DNA of 44,460 nucleotides, taken from positions 1 through 44,460 of IMG/VR virus record IMGVR_UViG_3300019781_000050; one strand, 5' to 3'. The DNA is from a virus. Lineage: Duplodnaviria > Caudoviricetes. Of this stretch, positions 8,898 through 18,670 are shown piece by piece. Position 1 is the first letter of the stretch; each line of letters starts with the position of its first letter. The position numbers and the translations under genes were made by a program. The notes below the pieces were generated by a model, which saw nothing but the letters and a program-made list of their open reading frames with translations, did not search any database and had not been told where the DNA came from.

Positions 8898-9157
8898 TGA
8901 ACCGTCCTTTACCCGACTGGCCTGACCAGGAGGAGCGCGAGAGACGGGCCGCTAAGGCCCGCCGCTGGACGCTGTATTTGGCTTTCTTCGCGGCCTCCGC
9001 CCTCCTGGTCACGGCAAGTTTCTCGGGATGCTGCCCCGTCCATAAGAAGCCCGGGTACAGATGCTGGATCGAGAACCCTGGAACGTCCAGAGAGATCGAG
9101 GTCTGTGAGCGAAAGTATTGCCGCAACGATACCGGACAGTTCGAGGCTTGCGAGTGA
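8897..9157 (+). CDS. Putative lipoprotein / membrane-anchored Cys-rich protein
   Basis: RRW + hydrophobic stretch + FSGC lipobox-like motif; 6 Cys. Confidence 0.55.
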   Translation: MNRPLPDWPDQEERERRAAKARRWTLYLAFFAASALLVTASFSGCCPVHKKPGYRCWIENPGTSREIEVCERKYCRNDTGQFEACE

Positions 9158-9465
9158 CCGATATGTACCCCCGGGAGGGCGAGCAGCAGGTAATCCGAGT
9201 GGTCGGCGGGGCCGGCTCAATCATCGTCAACCTTATCGGCTACCTCGATGCGGTGCTGTGGGACGTTCCGGGATCCGAAACGTACAAGTACTCAATCAAA
9301 GGCCCGTCTGGTGTCGAGTATTTCATCAGCTCGGCAAACCATACGGGTGATGTGACCGTGCTACACGATCCGCGGGTTCCATTGACCGGGAAGATGACGT
9401 TCTCGGTGATCGGAGCAAACGGTGATGGGGAATTTCGATTCCGTCCTGTCGGTCCGCACAAATGA
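9154..9465 (+). CDS. Small beta-rich probable virion protein
   Basis: Coupled ORF (alternative ATG nearby); beta-strand composition; next to the fibre gene. Confidence 0.5.
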   Translation: MTDMYPREGEQQVIRVVGGAGSIIVNLIGYLDAVLWDVPGSETYKYSIKGPSGVEYFISSANHTGDVTVLHDPRVPLTGKMTFSVIGANGDGEFRFRPVGPHK

Positions 9466-11159
9466 AACAGAGAACCATCCATCACCCAAACGGAACCAAG
9501 ACAGAGGTTCGTCCAGTTTCGCTATGGGCTCGCTTTCTCATGGCCATCGGCTGGCTTCCGGTTCTCTGCCTGATGTCATCGGCCGCGAATGTTGAGCTCG
9601 ACCGCCAGAAGCGCATAGGAGACAGCGATTCAGTAACGACAATCATCAGCACGGGGCCTGGGCGGACATCATATATGCCAGTAAAACTTGTCAGGGCTGA
9701 CGGGTCGGACTTCTACGACGCCGGCGCCGCTGCGTCTGGTCTGACCGATACGGAGCTTCGGGCCTCGCCAGTTCCGGTATCTGGCTCCCTCGCCATCGGC
9801 GGAGTGATGACAGTTGTCATCTCCTCGGCCAACGGGGCCATCGCTACCACCTCAACGGATACTGTAATCACATCCTCCGTTCTCCCCACCGGCGCAGCTA
9901 CGGCGGCAAGGCAGGACACCGGGAATACGAGCGTCGGGTCAATCGACACCAAGACCCCTGCCTTGGGCCAAGCCCTCGCGGCGGCGTCCGTGCCTGTCGT
10001 CTTGACGGCGGCCCAGGTAACGACGCTGACCCCTCCTGCCGCCATCACGAACTACGCCCTCGAAACAGGAGGGAATCTGGCGGCCCTCATCGCAAAGGAT
10101 TTCGCCACGCAGACCACGCTATCCGCGCTAAACACGAAAATTCCGAGTGCTGCCGCGTTGAGCGATGCGACGGGCAACCCAACCACCCCCATAATCGGGT
10201 CTGCGCTAATGGGATTCAATGGCGCTAGTTGGGAAAGAGTGCATACCCATGGAGACGCATCAGACGATGTAGCCACTTCCGCCCAGAGCCATATAGCCGT
10301 CCTAGCTCATGGGATGGTGTTTGACGGGACTACCTGGGATAGGTCCAGGGGGACTTCGGCAGACGGAACGCTCGTAAACCTGGGAGCCAACAACGATGTG
10401 ACCGCCCACGGCTCCTCCGTCACCATACAATCACCGAATGGGAACACGACTCCGATTCCCATCATCCCGAGCATTTCATCTATCGCTGTTTACAATGTTC
10501 CGGGATCTTCGATAAATGTCACCGGGTCCACTTTAACCATTCACGCCGCAGGGAAGGCCCTTAGCGCTACTGGAACGAGCCTCGATGTTAACTGCACCGG
10601 GGGATGCGGTTCGGCGGCCCAAGCCGCAACTTATGTGATGGTGTCCACATCGGTGCTTGCAAATAACGCCACGCATTTCTGCTTAATCAATAAGAGCCCG
10701 ACGAAAACAATAAAGCTCTTATCCGTAGATGTGGCTAACGCTTCTACCTTCACAGTGACCGGACTGATTACTAGATTCCAGTTCGTTCCAGTCACGGCGG
10801 GGACGAAGGGCGGAGTAAGCCAGGTAAGCACATTCTCCATGGTCACAAGTGAACTCCAATCCCTGGAATATCTTATTGAGGGGTCAACCGGGACCATGGC
10901 ACTAACCCTTGAGGGGAAGGGCGGGATCGCCGATGACAGATCAGGAAGTTCTCCGTTTGACAGGTCGTGCTTTATCCAGAACGATGAGACACCCACCGTC
11001 GGGAATATCCAGGTTTGCAACCTTTACGATTATCAAAGTCGAGGCGGCAAGCCGTATACCGCCACGGCCGGGTCAACAAGGGGATGGTGCGTTATTCAGA
11101 AAGGCGCAACTTCGACAGCCGGACGAGTTACGGTAAGGATGGAATTTACACAGGAGTAG
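9462..11159 (+). CDS. Ser/Thr/Ala-rich fibre-like virion protein with N-terminal signal/anchor segment
   Basis: LTDTELRASPVPVSG, GQALAAASVPVVL, FNGASWER/FDGTTWDR fibre-type repeats; hydrophobic FLMAIGWLPVLCLMSSAA near the N-terminus. Confidence 0.7.
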   Translation: MKQRTIHHPNGTKTEVRPVSLWARFLMAIGWLPVLCLMSSAANVELDRQKRIGDSDSVTTIISTGPGRTSYMPVKLVRADGSDFYDAGAAASGLTDTELRASPVPVSGSLAIGGVMTVVISSANGAIATTSTDTVITSSVLPTGAATAARQDTGNTSVGSIDTKTPALGQALAAASVPVVLTAAQVTTLTPPAAITNYALETGGNLAALIAKDFATQTTLSALNTKIPSAAALSDATGNPTTPIIGSALMGFNGASWERVHTHGDASDDVATSAQSHIAVLAHGMVFDGTTWDRSRGTSADGTLVNLGANNDVTAHGSSVTIQSPNGNTTPIPIIPSISSIAVYNVPGSSINVTGSTLTIHAAGKALSATGTSLDVNCTGGCGSAAQAATYVMVSTSVLANNATHFCLINKSPTKTIKLLSVDVANASTFTVTGLITRFQFVPVTAGTKGGVSQVSTFSMVTSELQSLEYLIEGSTGTMALTLEGKGGIADDRSGSSPFDRSCFIQNDETPTVGNIQVCNLYDYQSRGGKPYTATAGSTRGWCVIQKGATSTAGRVTVRMEFTQE

Positions 11160-11171
11160 CAAGGAGACAAC

Positions 11172-11480
11172 ATGGCGCAGTATACGGCAGGGGCGTTGAC
11201 GAATCCGGCGGCTAACGCGATATTGGCGGATACAGGATCGCAGGGGCAGCTCGGCTCTGGCAGGATATGGGTGTCTTCTACCGTGGCTTGCGCGGTCGTT
11301 TTGGAAAAGCGAAACGCCGCAGACTCCGCGAACGACTACAGCCATATTTTCCCGATAGCGGCGAACGCCCCTTTCATCCTCTCCTACCCGAATATGGAGG
11401 TAGCCATTGACGGGAGGATACGCCTGAGACTTAATGCGGCGGCTACCGGGCAGGTGCAGGCTTCAATACTGACGGATTAG
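11172..11480 (+). CDS. Small beta-sandwich probable virion protein
   Basis: AAGGAG RBS; follows the fibre gene. Confidence 0.6.
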   Translation: MAQYTAGALTNPAANAILADTGSQGQLGSGRIWVSSTVACAVVLEKRNAADSANDYSHIFPIAANAPFILSYPNMEVAIDGRIRLRLNAAATGQVQASILTD

Positions 11481-11525
11481 GGGGATGGTTATGCCCATCA
11501 GCACCTGGCTTGATAGGAGAATCTA

Positions 11526-13565
11526 GTGTACACGAAACTCAATCCGCCGCCGGCAATCCTCAGAAACCATGAGAAAGAGGTCTCCGAGGTCGAGCAGTTT
11601 TTCAAGGCCCGCAAGCTCAAGACGAGCAAGACCAAGCGGGATAAGCTCGACCGCTACCTCCGCAAGGCCATAGAGACCTGGGACGAGGGATCGGGGACCA
11701 TGCGGGCCCGCCTGCGCGAACTCAATGACTTCTTTGAGGGCAAGAAGGAAGATGTGGACTTCCCGTTCGGGTCCGGACAGAGCTCTTCCCTGGACGTTCG
11801 CCTGGCCGCGGCCAAGGCCCGCACCCTACGGGCATCCTTCAACCGCGTCACCTTTGCAGACAACAATCCTTTCGTGGCCGAGATACTTCCCGGCGCCAAG
11901 CGTGAGGACGAGGACAACCTCGCTGAGGCCCATGTCAACTGGTCCATCGTCAAGGAGACAAACGGCCTCGACGCGCTCAAGGACACCCCCATCCCATGCT
12001 TCCGTGACGGTACAGCCCTCGTCTACGGAGAGTGGGAGCGCCGGGTAGAGCGTGGAGTCGAGTACAAGTCCTATGCGACGACGGATGAGTTCATAGCAGA
12101 CTACCCCGAGGCCGAGGACGCCGGCATCGAGGAGGAGAAGTACCAGGAGATTCTTGCCGCCCTGGTCGAGCCTGAGTCGGAGGTCCACGTCGAGTATGAA
12201 GTTGACTTCGTGGCGCAGAACGAGCCCGTCTACACCGTTTTCCCTCTCGCTAAGTTCGTGTGGTATCCACTCGCCGCCAAGGACCTGAGAACTTCGGCCG
12301 AGGTCTATGGCTACCACCGCACCCAGGGAGATAAGGCCTTTGGGCGGGCCGTGGCCCAAGGCTTCTACGACTCCGAGCCCTCCGAGGAGTGCCGCCGCAA
12401 GTCTGGGGCGGACCGTGATGCGTGGGACGCCTCACGTGACGCGATTGAGGGAATCGAAGGAGAGGACAATAACCGGGCTTCCTACCGCATCGCCAAACTC
12501 GTGGTGTCCTACGACCTTGACCAGGACAAGGTTCCCGAGCGGTTCATGGTCTGGTACGACATGGACGCCAACAAGAGCCTCCGCATCGAGCGGTACGGAC
12601 TCTACCGGAACACCCCGAACGTGATACCCTTCCGCTTCATCGGCAGGGATGGGCGATTTATAGGTGTCTCCCAACTCGATAACGGCCTTGACCTGTTCCG
12701 CGAGATCAATGCCCTCCATCGTCACCGATCGAACGTCCGCCGCCTGACCGACTCGGTTACGCTCATCATGCCGAAGAAACTGAAGGAGGACGTGGACCTC
12801 GGGGCGGAGTATGCCGAGTTCAAGCCCGGCATGACAATTTGGGTCCCGGACGATGTTCCGGCCGACAAGTACCCCAAGCAACTCCAAATCTTCAATACGT
12901 CCAGGTCTAATGATTCCATGGACGAGGAGTCCCTTGTCGCCCGCTACCTGGACGGCCTCATCGGAGTTTCCGAGGGCCAGAGCGGAAGGGAGACGCCCAT
13001 CGACCCCGGAGCCCCCGCGGCCAAGACCGCCATGCTTTTGCAACGGGCAGACTTCCGAATTGAGGACCTTGTAGACGAGTGGCGGCGTTCCGTTTCGTCT
13101 TTCGTGGACCTCCACAACGCCCTCTACCACCAAAACGCGGGCTCCTCTATCAAGTTCATGCGGAACAAGGGCGGGAAGCAGGAGGAGGCCAAGATCCGAA
13201 CTGCCGTCCTCGCCGACCCTCGCCGCAAGTTCGAACTCAAGGCGGTCAAGCAGACCATCGCCCCCGAGTACGAGATGAACAAGGTTATGGCCATTGTGGC
13301 AGCGGCGTTCCAGATGAAGTTCCCGGTGAGCGCCAAGCCAGAAATGATCGTCGAGGCGTGGAACGACTATGTGACAGCTTCCAGGATTCCAATGCCCGAG
13401 CGCTTCCATATCGAGATGAGCGCCCAGGGACCGATGATGGGCGGTCAGCCGATAGGCGCCCCGGCGTCCCTAGGCGCACCCGCAGGCGGCGGAGAGGGCA
13501 TCCTCAATATGATTCGTTCGATGGCGGCCGGCGCAGGCCAGCCGACCAAACCCGCAACTAAGTAA
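11526..13565 (+). CDS. Portal protein
   Basis: 679 aa; GTALVY..W, PFRF...G.S.LD, IGVSE..SG, TAML motifs; Gly/Met/Pro-rich tail; upstream of scaffold and capsid. Confidence 0.8.
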   Translation: MYTKLNPPPAILRNHEKEVSEVEQFFKARKLKTSKTKRDKLDRYLRKAIETWDEGSGTMRARLRELNDFFEGKKEDVDFPFGSGQSSSLDVRLAAAKARTLRASFNRVTFADNNPFVAEILPGAKREDEDNLAEAHVNWSIVKETNGLDALKDTPIPCFRDGTALVYGEWERRVERGVEYKSYATTDEFIADYPEAEDAGIEEEKYQEILAALVEPESEVHVEYEVDFVAQNEPVYTVFPLAKFVWYPLAAKDLRTSAEVYGYHRTQGDKAFGRAVAQGFYDSEPSEECRRKSGADRDAWDASRDAIEGIEGEDNNRASYRIAKLVVSYDLDQDKVPERFMVWYDMDANKSLRIERYGLYRNTPNVIPFRFIGRDGRFIGVSQLDNGLDLFREINALHRHRSNVRRLTDSVTLIMPKKLKEDVDLGAEYAEFKPGMTIWVPDDVPADKYPKQLQIFNTSRSNDSMDEESLVARYLDGLIGVSEGQSGRETPIDPGAPAAKTAMLLQRADFRIEDLVDEWRRSVSSFVDLHNALYHQNAGSSIKFMRNKGGKQEEAKIRTAVLADPRRKFELKAVKQTIAPEYEMNKVMAIVAAAFQMKFPVSAKPEMIVEAWNDYVTASRIPMPERFHIEMSAQGPMMGGQPIGAPASLGAPAGGGEGILNMIRSMAAGAGQPTKPATK

Positions 13566-13576
13566 CGGAGGTAGTT

Positions 13577-13969
13577 ATGATGTCAGTCGATGAGAAGAAA
13601 GCCGTAGACGAAGCCAAGACGCAAATCAAGCTTTACCGGACCCGCATAGCCAGGCTCAAGGTCTTGGAGCATGGGCGATCTGAGCCGTTCTGGGCCGCTC
13701 TCCGTGAGGAAATAAAACTCGCCGGGGAGACGAACGACAGGCTCAAGGACACGGCAATCGCCAGGGACGAAATCAAGGACGTGGCCATCGAGTACGCCTC
13801 CATCAAGTCATACGGCCGCGCCTCGCTCGCTTACAAGGGCATCATCCAGAACGTGGACCAGGCCGAGGCCAAGGCCGACCATCTCAACGAGCGCATCGCG
13901 GAACTCAACCGCTTCATCGAAGGAGTCGAGAAGGGAAAGGGCGCAGACAAGCGCCAGGGGGTAGTTTAA
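13577..13969 (+). CDS. Hypothetical helical protein after portal
   Basis: GGAGG RBS; SEPFW.AL motif; coiled coil. Confidence 0.65.
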   Translation: MMSVDEKKAVDEAKTQIKLYRTRIARLKVLEHGRSEPFWAALREEIKLAGETNDRLKDTAIARDEIKDVAIEYASIKSYGRASLAYKGIIQNVDQAEAKADHLNERIAELNRFIEGVEKGKGADKRQGVV

Positions 13970-14734
13970 ATGAGCAAGAAACTCGTCACGACGGAAGAAG
14001 CGCCGGAGACAGATACGGACGGAGAGGATGTCGTCGAGTCCTCGGTCGAGGATACCGCCGCCGCAGAACTCGCCAAGGAGCGCGAGAAGATCGCCATTGA
14101 GCGCGAAGAGCTCGAAGCCGATAAGCGCCGGGTGCGCGAGGGACAGGAGAAGCCCAAGGTCACGTCAGCCCAACTCCGAAACCTCGACGAGGCGCAGCGC
14201 GAGAACTTGGAGACCCAGACTGGCATGAAGTTCAACGACATCATGCGCAACGTCGAGGCTCAGGAGACTTCAATCGCCGAGGATCGGCGCATGGCGACCG
14301 ACGCGAGGCTCAACGTGGCCGACGCGATCGCGGAGGCCGTAGAGAAGGACCCGCAACTCTCCAAGATCAAAGGTGGAATCAGAGACTACCTGTCCGACTT
14401 CCCCGACTCGGCCAAGGCCGACCCCGCGAGACTTCGCAAACTGATGGCGAAGGCCGTCACATACGCGAAGGGCGCGGCTCCGGAGAAGACGTTCACGCGC
14501 AAGCCGGGGGCCACCAAGAAGGCCGACGGCGGACCAGGGACCGACACAGAAGAAGACGCCGACCTCGACCCGAAGGCCGGGAAGATCAAGGACGGCGTGT
14601 ATCAGGTCGGGGACATGAAGCTCGAAATAAAGGCGCTCATCTCGAAAGAGAAACGCGCGAAGATGTCGCATCCGGAACACGCGACGGGCATCCGAATACC
14701 TGGCGACCTCGACGAGGCTCCGCGCTTCCGGTAA
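13970..14734 (+). CDS. Probable head scaffolding protein
   Basis: Acidic N-terminus, coiled coil, position between portal and capsid. Confidence 0.65.
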   Translation: MSKKLVTTEEAPETDTDGEDVVESSVEDTAAAELAKEREKIAIEREELEADKRRVREGQEKPKVTSAQLRNLDEAQRENLETQTGMKFNDIMRNVEAQETSIAEDRRMATDARLNVADAIAEAVEKDPQLSKIKGGIRDYLSDFPDSAKADPARLRKLMAKAVTYAKGAAPEKTFTRKPGATKKADGGPGTDTEEDADLDPKAGKIKDGVYQVGDMKLEIKALISKEKRAKMSHPEHATGIRIPGDLDEAPRFR

Positions 14735-14735
14735 A

Positions 14736-14790
14736 TAGTCCCAAGTTGGGACGGGAAATCTGTTGAGGAAAAAAATCTGTCCGCTACAAT
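14736..14790 (+). promoter_or_regulatory. Putative activator-dependent late promoter 2
   Basis: Same TAGTCCCAAGTTGGGAC (14736-14752), 32 nt spacer, -10 TACAAT (14785-14790). Confidence 0.7.
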
Positions 14791-14797
14791 AGGTCTT

Positions 14798-15136
14798 GTG
14801 ACGAACGGTTCCTTCGGCAGAGCGATCTTCCCGACCAAGTCGGCGGGCTCCGGCCGCGTCCGTGCGAACAGCGCGAACGACGGCCGGGGCCAGGGTCGGG
14901 GGGGCGTGAAGCGGATTGCCGGATGCAAACAGTGCGGATTTAAGAACGACATCCGCAGAATCGACAAGTCGGGCGGCGACCTTTCCGGAAACGGGAGCCG
15001 AAGCGCAATCACAAAAACGACGACCACGGGAAGTCTCCTTGGCGGCGGGACAATCTCCGAGACGCACGGCGATGCAGTAAACCGCAGAGGCGCGGGTTGC
15101 GCTTCTTGCGGCTCAAAGAACTCCGTCGCATCGTAA
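14798..15136 (+). CDS. Gly-rich protein with two CxxC motifs; probably leaderless
   Basis: GCKQCGF and GCASCGSKN; GTG 7 nt after the -10 box. Confidence 0.6.
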   Translation: MTNGSFGRAIFPTKSAGSGRVRANSANDGRGQGRGGVKRIAGCKQCGFKNDIRRIDKSGGDLSGNGSRSAITKTTTTGSLLGGGTISETHGDAVNRRGAGCASCGSKNSVAS

Positions 15137-15255
15137 GACGTTCAACAAAGTCTCCACGACGCATCTAGACCTCTACATCTAAGAAAGGCGGTTACGACCG
15201 CCCGGACGAAGGGCCCCTCAGCCCCCGTCTAGATAGATAGAGGGAGGATGCACAG

Positions 15256-15996
15256 ATGGAGATCATTCGCAATCGCCCGTCCCGCCTTCAGTCCCTTCCC
15301 GTTGACGGTAACGGCTCCGACATCCTCGCCGGGGCCGTTCTCATGCCCGGAGTGACCGACGAGAACAACCGCTCCGTCGCCATCCTCGCCACCGGCGCCG
15401 CAGCCGACTCTATCGGCATCCTCGCGGAACTCCACGACTTCTCCGTTTCCGGCGATTCCACCCCCGACACCGGGGCCGCCCTCGTTCAGCGCGGCGTCAT
15501 CCCCTTCCTTCCCGGGTGCGAAGTGGCCGCCGATATGGCCGACGACGCCAGCAACGACGTTGACGTGGCCTCCGCCACTTCGACGGTTCTGACGATCACC
15601 AGCGTCGAGGACGACATCGACGGCTCCTGGATCTACGTTCGCGCCGGCACCGGGGCGGGCCTGGTCCTCTACTGCAAGGAGTCGGCGTCCGGCACGATGA
15701 CCCTCAAGAGCGCGTCCACCACGACCCTTGACAACACGTCGAAGCTCATCATCCTTCGCCGTCTGTTCCACAAGACCGCCGAGCTCGATTCGACGGGTAC
15801 GAAGATAAAATCGACCGCCGCCGCGGGCAGCCTGCCGTGGCGCGTGATCGGCAACCAGTTCCGCAAGGCTGGGCAGGAAATCTGGCTGGACCTCGACCCG
15901 GCCAAGCACCACAACCTGAATCTCTCCGGTCAGAGCCCGGTTTTCCGGCAGATTCTGGTCCCCGTCGATACGCTTCACAACCCCGTGGCCATCTAG
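15256..15996 (+). CDS. Probable capsid decoration/cement protein
   Basis: GGAGG RBS, strongly biased codons, beta-rich, directly before the capsid gene. Confidence 0.65.
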   Translation: MEIIRNRPSRLQSLPVDGNGSDILAGAVLMPGVTDENNRSVAILATGAAADSIGILAELHDFSVSGDSTPDTGAALVQRGVIPFLPGCEVAADMADDASNDVDVASATSTVLTITSVEDDIDGSWIYVRAGTGAGLVLYCKESASGTMTLKSASTTTLDNTSKLIILRRLFHKTAELDSTGTKIKSTAAAGSLPWRVIGNQFRKAGQEIWLDLDPAKHHNLNLSGQSPVFRQILVPVDTLHNPVAI

Positions 15997-16073
15997 TACC
16001 TGGCCTGACGGTGGGCTGGGGGAAACCCTGGCCCACCGCCTGCCGAACGAAAAACCAAAGAGGTTAAAAGAAT

Positions 16074-16967
16074 ATGTTGAACCAGGGAAACCACAGCTAC
16101 TTCGTCCAGAAGGATCTGTCCGAGCATTTCGGCCAGGAATACGGGGAGTTCCAGTCCATGATCCCCGCGCTGTACACGACCAAGAAGCCCGACCAGGCCA
16201 TCGTTTACGAGGCCCTGCTCGGCGGCTTGGGCTCCGTTCCGGTGTTCGACGGCGAGGTGTCGTATGACGACGCCAAGCAGTCCTACCGCAAGTCCTGCGA
16301 GGAGATCGAGTACGCCTTCGGAATCAAGGTGACGAAGAAGCTCCGCCGCAACGACCTCTACGGCATGGTCCAGGACACCGTGCGTGAGATGGCGCAGCGC
16401 TTCCGGGCGGCCCGTGAGTCCATTGCGGCCGGCACGTTCAACGACGGCTTCTCGACCGCGACCGTCGCGGACGGGCTTTCGCTGTTCAACACCGCTCATA
16501 CGAGCGACCAGGCAGGCGGCGTCAGCCAGAGCAACAAGGGCACGTCAGCCTTCTCGCCCGCGAACGTCGAGGCGACCCGTCGGCTGATGATCGCCTTCAA
16601 GTCGCCCCGCAATCAGATCCAGAACGCGACCTTCCCCGACCTCCTGCTCCTGCCGACCGCGCTAGAGGAGAAGGGCTACGAGCTCATCAAGAGCAAGGGC
16701 AAGGTGGACACCGCCTTGAACAACCCGAACTTCCATGAGGGTAAGTACAAGATGGCCGTCTGGCAGAACTGGCTCACGGACGCTGACAACTGGTTCATGG
16801 GAAACTCCCGCCAGATGAAGCGCTTCCTCAAGTTCTACGAGTGGAACCCCACCGAGTTCTTCCATGCCGGCGAGGTGGATACGCTCGTCTCCAAGCACGT
16901 CGGCTACATGTCGGTCAACGTGTCGGCGGTGGACTGGCGTTTCGCGTACGGCCACGAAGTCGCCTAA
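16074..16967 (+). CDS. Major capsid protein, Mu gpT-like
   Basis: GEVSYD, DGLSLFNTAH, PDLLLLPTALE, WLTDADNWF, AVDWRFAYG motifs. Confidence 0.88.
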   Translation: MLNQGNHSYFVQKDLSEHFGQEYGEFQSMIPALYTTKKPDQAIVYEALLGGLGSVPVFDGEVSYDDAKQSYRKSCEEIEYAFGIKVTKKLRRNDLYGMVQDTVREMAQRFRAARESIAAGTFNDGFSTATVADGLSLFNTAHTSDQAGGVSQSNKGTSAFSPANVEATRRLMIAFKSPRNQIQNATFPDLLLLPTALEEKGYELIKSKGKVDTALNNPNFHEGKYKMAVWQNWLTDADNWFMGNSRQMKRFLKFYEWNPTEFFHAGEVDTLVSKHVGYMSVNVSAVDWRFAYGHEVA

Positions 16968-17009
16968 GTCTTAGTCGTTCATCACTGGAAAATACACAGG
17001 AGGGCTACG

Positions 17010-17588
17010 ATGCCTAAGTTGATCGAGAAGGGCGGGAAGGGTAAGGGCAAGGCGGTCTTGCCTGTGATGTCTCAGCGAGAAGTCGCAGACATCACGGCCA
17101 AGATTCAGGCCGATGAGGACTTGAAGCACGGGGCGACGAACACCCCGGAGGACGTGGCTTTGCCGGATGCTCACCTACCCGTCAAACAGGTCATAGACGT
17201 TGACCTGGGAGCGATCGACGCCAGGATCAATCGGAATAAGAAGGCTCTGGAAGCGTTTGACCCGGCGCAGCGCAGGCTTACCGGGTCGGACAGGCAGAAG
17301 GCGGAGAAGCGGTACTTCGAACTCTCTGAAATCCTGCCTGAACGGATGCTGACGCATGAGGAGATGGACTTCTTTCCGAGTGCGTCGGACGCGACGAAGG
17401 ACCAGGCTTATCGGAAGGCGGTAGAGAAGGCCGCGGCGAAGGGCAACGAGAACAGCCCCGAGTTTGGGCGCCTGGCGCAAGAGTGGAAGCAACTCGGGCG
17501 CATCTTGTGGCCCGACGAGCCGGACAAGTCGAACACGCAGAGCCTCCGCAAGCACGGCGCCGGCTCTGGCAGACATTTTACGAAGTAG
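17010..17588 (+). CDS. Hypothetical protein after capsid
   Basis: AGGAGG RBS; helical and charged. Confidence 0.65.
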   Translation: MPKLIEKGGKGKGKAVLPVMSQREVADITAKIQADEDLKHGATNTPEDVALPDAHLPVKQVIDVDLGAIDARINRNKKALEAFDPAQRRLTGSDRQKAEKRYFELSEILPERMLTHEEMDFFPSASDATKDQAYRKAVEKAAAKGNENSPEFGRLAQEWKQLGRILWPDEPDKSNTQSLRKHGAGSGRHFTK

Positions 17589-17600
17589 GGGGAACGGTTC

Positions 17601-18218
17601 ATGACGAAGCTTCGAAACCTTTTCGTGGTCGTTCTTCTGCTTGTCGCCGCCGCCGCGACCTCGGGCCGGGTCTATGCCCGCGTGACGGCTCAGGGCGCTT
17701 CGGACGCCGATATCTGGTGCGTCGGCCCCTCCGGGGCTGAGGTGTGCGTGGACGTTTCGGGTAACTTTCTCCCGACGACCGACAACGACACCACCATCGG
17801 AACCTTGGCCCTTCGGTTTGCCACCGGCTACTTCTACGACATCTCGGCTTCCGATGATGTGACTGTGGCAGACGACTTGACCGTGACCGGGGATGTGTTC
17901 AATGTCATCGGGGGTACTATCACAGTGACGGCCGGTCTCGCCATCAACCTTACTGGCTACTGCGGCAAGGCGGTTCCCCTGCAGACCGACGGGGCATCAC
18001 GCACCTCCGACACGACCACGACATTCCTGGGCGGCGTCCCCGGCTGCGTGTACTACCTCTATCACACCGGGGCCAACGGCGGCGGAACCATCACGCTCGA
18101 TGACAATGCGAACTTCGACGTTCCGGCGAACGTGGTTCTTGGGACCTCGGACGGCGCGATCATCGCTGACGTTGCGGGATCCACTAAGTTCGCCCTGCTC
18201 GGGACCTCGGACAACTAG
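17601..18218 (+). CDS. Fibre/decoration-like virion protein with Sec signal peptide
   Basis: MTKLRN-LFVVVLLLVAAAA-TSGRVYA/; GNFLPTTDNDTTIGTLALRF and DDVTVADDLTVTGD fibre motifs; 4 Cys. Confidence 0.7.
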   Translation: MTKLRNLFVVVLLLVAAAATSGRVYARVTAQGASDADIWCVGPSGAEVCVDVSGNFLPTTDNDTTIGTLALRFATGYFYDISASDDVTVADDLTVTGDVFNVIGGTITVTAGLAINLTGYCGKAVPLQTDGASRTSDTTTTFLGGVPGCVYYLYHTGANGGGTITLDDNANFDVPANVVLGTSDGAIIADVAGSTKFALLGTSDN

Positions 18219-18221
18219 GCC

Positions 18222-18632
18222 ATGCGTAAAAATTCACTTCTCGCCATTCTCCTCTCCCTCGTCTGCGTGAAGATGGCCATGTCTTCGGCGCGTGGAGATT
18301 CCTTGGTGTCGCTGGGCGGCCAGGACGACGGCAACGTGCGCGTCGGAGTCACGGCCTCTTGCACGTCCTCGGCCTGGACAGCGGTGGTAGCCACCCGGGC
18401 CAGCCGCCGCCTTTTGAACCTCAAGGCGAGCGATTCAAACGGCGGGATCATCTGCCTTGGAACCGACGACGCGGGCGGAACCTGTTCGACCGCACAACTC
18501 GGCTACGAGCTCGGCACCGGGGATGAATACTCCGACGCCAGCGAGGCCCCGCTTTACTGTCGCTCCGGGACCGGAACCCAGGTCGTGAAGGGTTTCGACC
18601 TCTACGACAATCGGGACACGTCGGCCGACTAG
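18222..18632 (+). CDS. Small beta-sandwich virion-type protein with Sec signal peptide
   Basis: MRKN-SLLAILLSLVCV-KMAMSSARG/; 4 Cys in mature part. Confidence 0.65.
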   Translation: MRKNSLLAILLSLVCVKMAMSSARGDSLVSLGGQDDGNVRVGVTASCTSSAWTAVVATRASRRLLNLKASDSNGGIICLGTDDAGGTCSTAQLGYELGTGDEYSDASEAPLYCRSGTGTQVVKGFDLYDNRDTSAD

Positions 18633-18670
18633 TTCGATGGTGGGACAAGATGCCAAAGGGAGAGTTCGAC

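Noticed and set aside
12432-13409. Long minus-strand ORFs opposite portal, terL and head genes
   Set aside because: Antisense shadow frames expected from high-GC codon bias
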